In this document: one piece after another, positions 62,231 to 64,000 of the stretch
Layout: every line of letters starts with the position of its first letter
How positions within the stretch are numbered: the stretch's first letter is position 1
From: Leptogorgia sarmentosa
Lineage: Eukaryota
Length of the DNA: 64,000 bases
Assembly: GCA_964658305.1 (NCBI GenBank)
Contig: OZ210885.1
Location: 6,014,001 to 6,078,000 of the forward strand
Direction of reading: 5' to 3'
The notes under the pieces: generated by a model
Told to the model about the DNA's origin: nothing
What the model saw: the letters and a program-made list of their open reading frames with translations, nothing else
Database searches by the model: none
Position numbers and translations under genes: made by a program

Positions 62231-62659
62231 AATGGTATTGGCAAATATTTTGAAGTTGTAATAGAATACTGGAGGAAGCGCACACGGAAAAAGAGTGAAG
62301 CCAATAACATGACAGCAAATACTCCGTCCTCATGGTAGGCACCACTGACCAACCGCGATCCTGAGCATCCAAGGATGGAAATCACCCCCGTGGTTATTGC
62401 CGCCGTTAATAGCCTGTTGACATGCTTGTTTAGTTTTTTTTATCGTCAAACTGCCAGTAGCAAACCTTTGCAGTCGACAATTTTCTACAAAAATGCCTTG
62501 TTTTTGCCTTTTTCGTGAATGCAAGAACTTTCAAAAGAAAAATGTTTCTTCTCACCAGTAAGAATTTCAATTTATTTTGTCAATAAACAGAAAATTACAA
62601 TGTTATCAATCCAAAAGTTTCATTCACACACAAGCGGCAACTGCGAACATGGCGGTGTA

Positions 62660-62790
62660 ACATGGAAAACGAATGGAGGCTTGAAGCTGCCGTCACTCGG
62701 GCTAATTAAAATGTGTGAGAAAACCGAGAAGTGCATTATGAGGATGCTGAATGCAAATGGGGAAGATGAGAAATGCAACAATGCATGATA
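62660..62790 (+). mobile_element. P-element/THAP9-like transposase C-terminal remnant
   Basis: GGLKLPS.....C...E motif only. Confidence 0.4.
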
Positions 62791-64000
62791 AGGCAGTACG
62801 TAAACAGTTTTCAAAACTTGTACTATTCAAACACCAGTAGTTTTCTGTGAAGCCTAGGCACATTGGTGCTTTCAATGACAAGGTCCTATTAATACAATGT
62901 TATCACTGGTTCGAACCGTGAAATCTATACAAAGATTTTTATTATGCAAAGTATTTTTATTTCTTTCAAACTGAATCAATGATTTCATTTAACACGTTTA
63001 CCCAAAGTGTATTCGATAATTGATATCATTCTCATTAAAAAAAGTTAAAAAACACCAGTCGTATTTGAGTTTAAAAACACCAGTTATATAGATATACATA
63101 TATATATATTGTATTTTTGAGAACAACGCCTGGCAACTTTTGTTGTGTTTCGAGATGTAAAGTGAGTGCATTACTAACAATGCACCGAGTTGTCAATGAG
63201 ACCTGCACATTTCATATGTGTTCGAGGATTGACAAAGAAATGAATGGTGTTTGTTTATACTAAAGGCTGCGTGCACAATGACATTTTTGTGATGCATGAG
63301 ATGTGTGCATTATATCAATTATTATGAACTTGCATTTATATGTGTTTATTGAATATATGTTTAACTGGCGTTGTACAGAATATGTACTTATATAACCAAC
63401 TGAATGTCCTTAAAAGCTCCCATATTCCTGTGACGTTCGGATTTTGTACTACTGATAAGTACTATTATAGACTGGATACTATGAATAAATGATGTCATTT
63501 CCATAGTTGCTGGAGCGACAAAGAAAAAATACTTCTCAGATAATTTTTTAAAAGCTAATACCTAATTAAAAATTTTCAGCTAGTAACTGATTTTAAAAAG
63601 GTCCAAAATTTGACACATTTGTTTATCCAATCTCATTAGTCTCATTTATAACAGTCCAGCTTCAAAATTGGATTACATGCAAAAACCACAGGTTCCAGTC
63701 TTAGTATATATCAGTGTTTTCTACCTGCAGGGGTAGAAAAATCCTGGATTATGGGACGAATATCAACAGAATTGATATCATTTGCAAAAAAATTATGTAT
63801 ATATTTTGTTATTATGTATTTTGTATGTATATAGGTGTTGATAAAGTAGTTGAAACAGATACATGAAATGTACAGCCATGTAATTATATAGGATGAGTTA
63901 CAGTTAATATTTATATAGAGGCCAGCCAGGCATTCTTTCTTCAATGAAAACTATCAACTCTAAAAGTTGGATTCCCCTAATGCCGAGTAAGTGTTCGACA

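Noticed and set aside
61822..62385. 187-aa hydrophobic minus-strand ORF
   Set aside because: Antisense to transposase remnants and the hAT terminus

Overview
Eukaryotic (animal; cnidarian-like repeat repertoire, taxon inferred) AT-rich window made almost entirely of nested, mostly decayed transposable elements: CACTA/EnSpm, Copia, Crypton-like tyrosine recombinase, Mutator/MULE, Academ, PIF/Harbinger, hAT, Kolobok-like, P-like, BEL/Pao, DIRS and L2/CR1 LINEs. Host-type content: two apparently intact intronless 7-TM (PRRT3/4-like) paralogues plus decayed copies, an intronless disabled topoisomerase III alpha copy, a six-exon PIAS pseudogene fragment, a PARP exon, an HMG-box/USP fragment and a decaying Gln/Glu/Gly/Leu tRNA array. 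The most unusual feature is 8.5-13.1 kb: an intronless TOP3A lies tail-to-tail with a MULE transposase, and the locus carries at least six short templated TOP3A copies plus a 50-bp micro-inversion whose two copies are far more divergent than their flanks. All family assignments are motif recognition by eye; no database searches were run.
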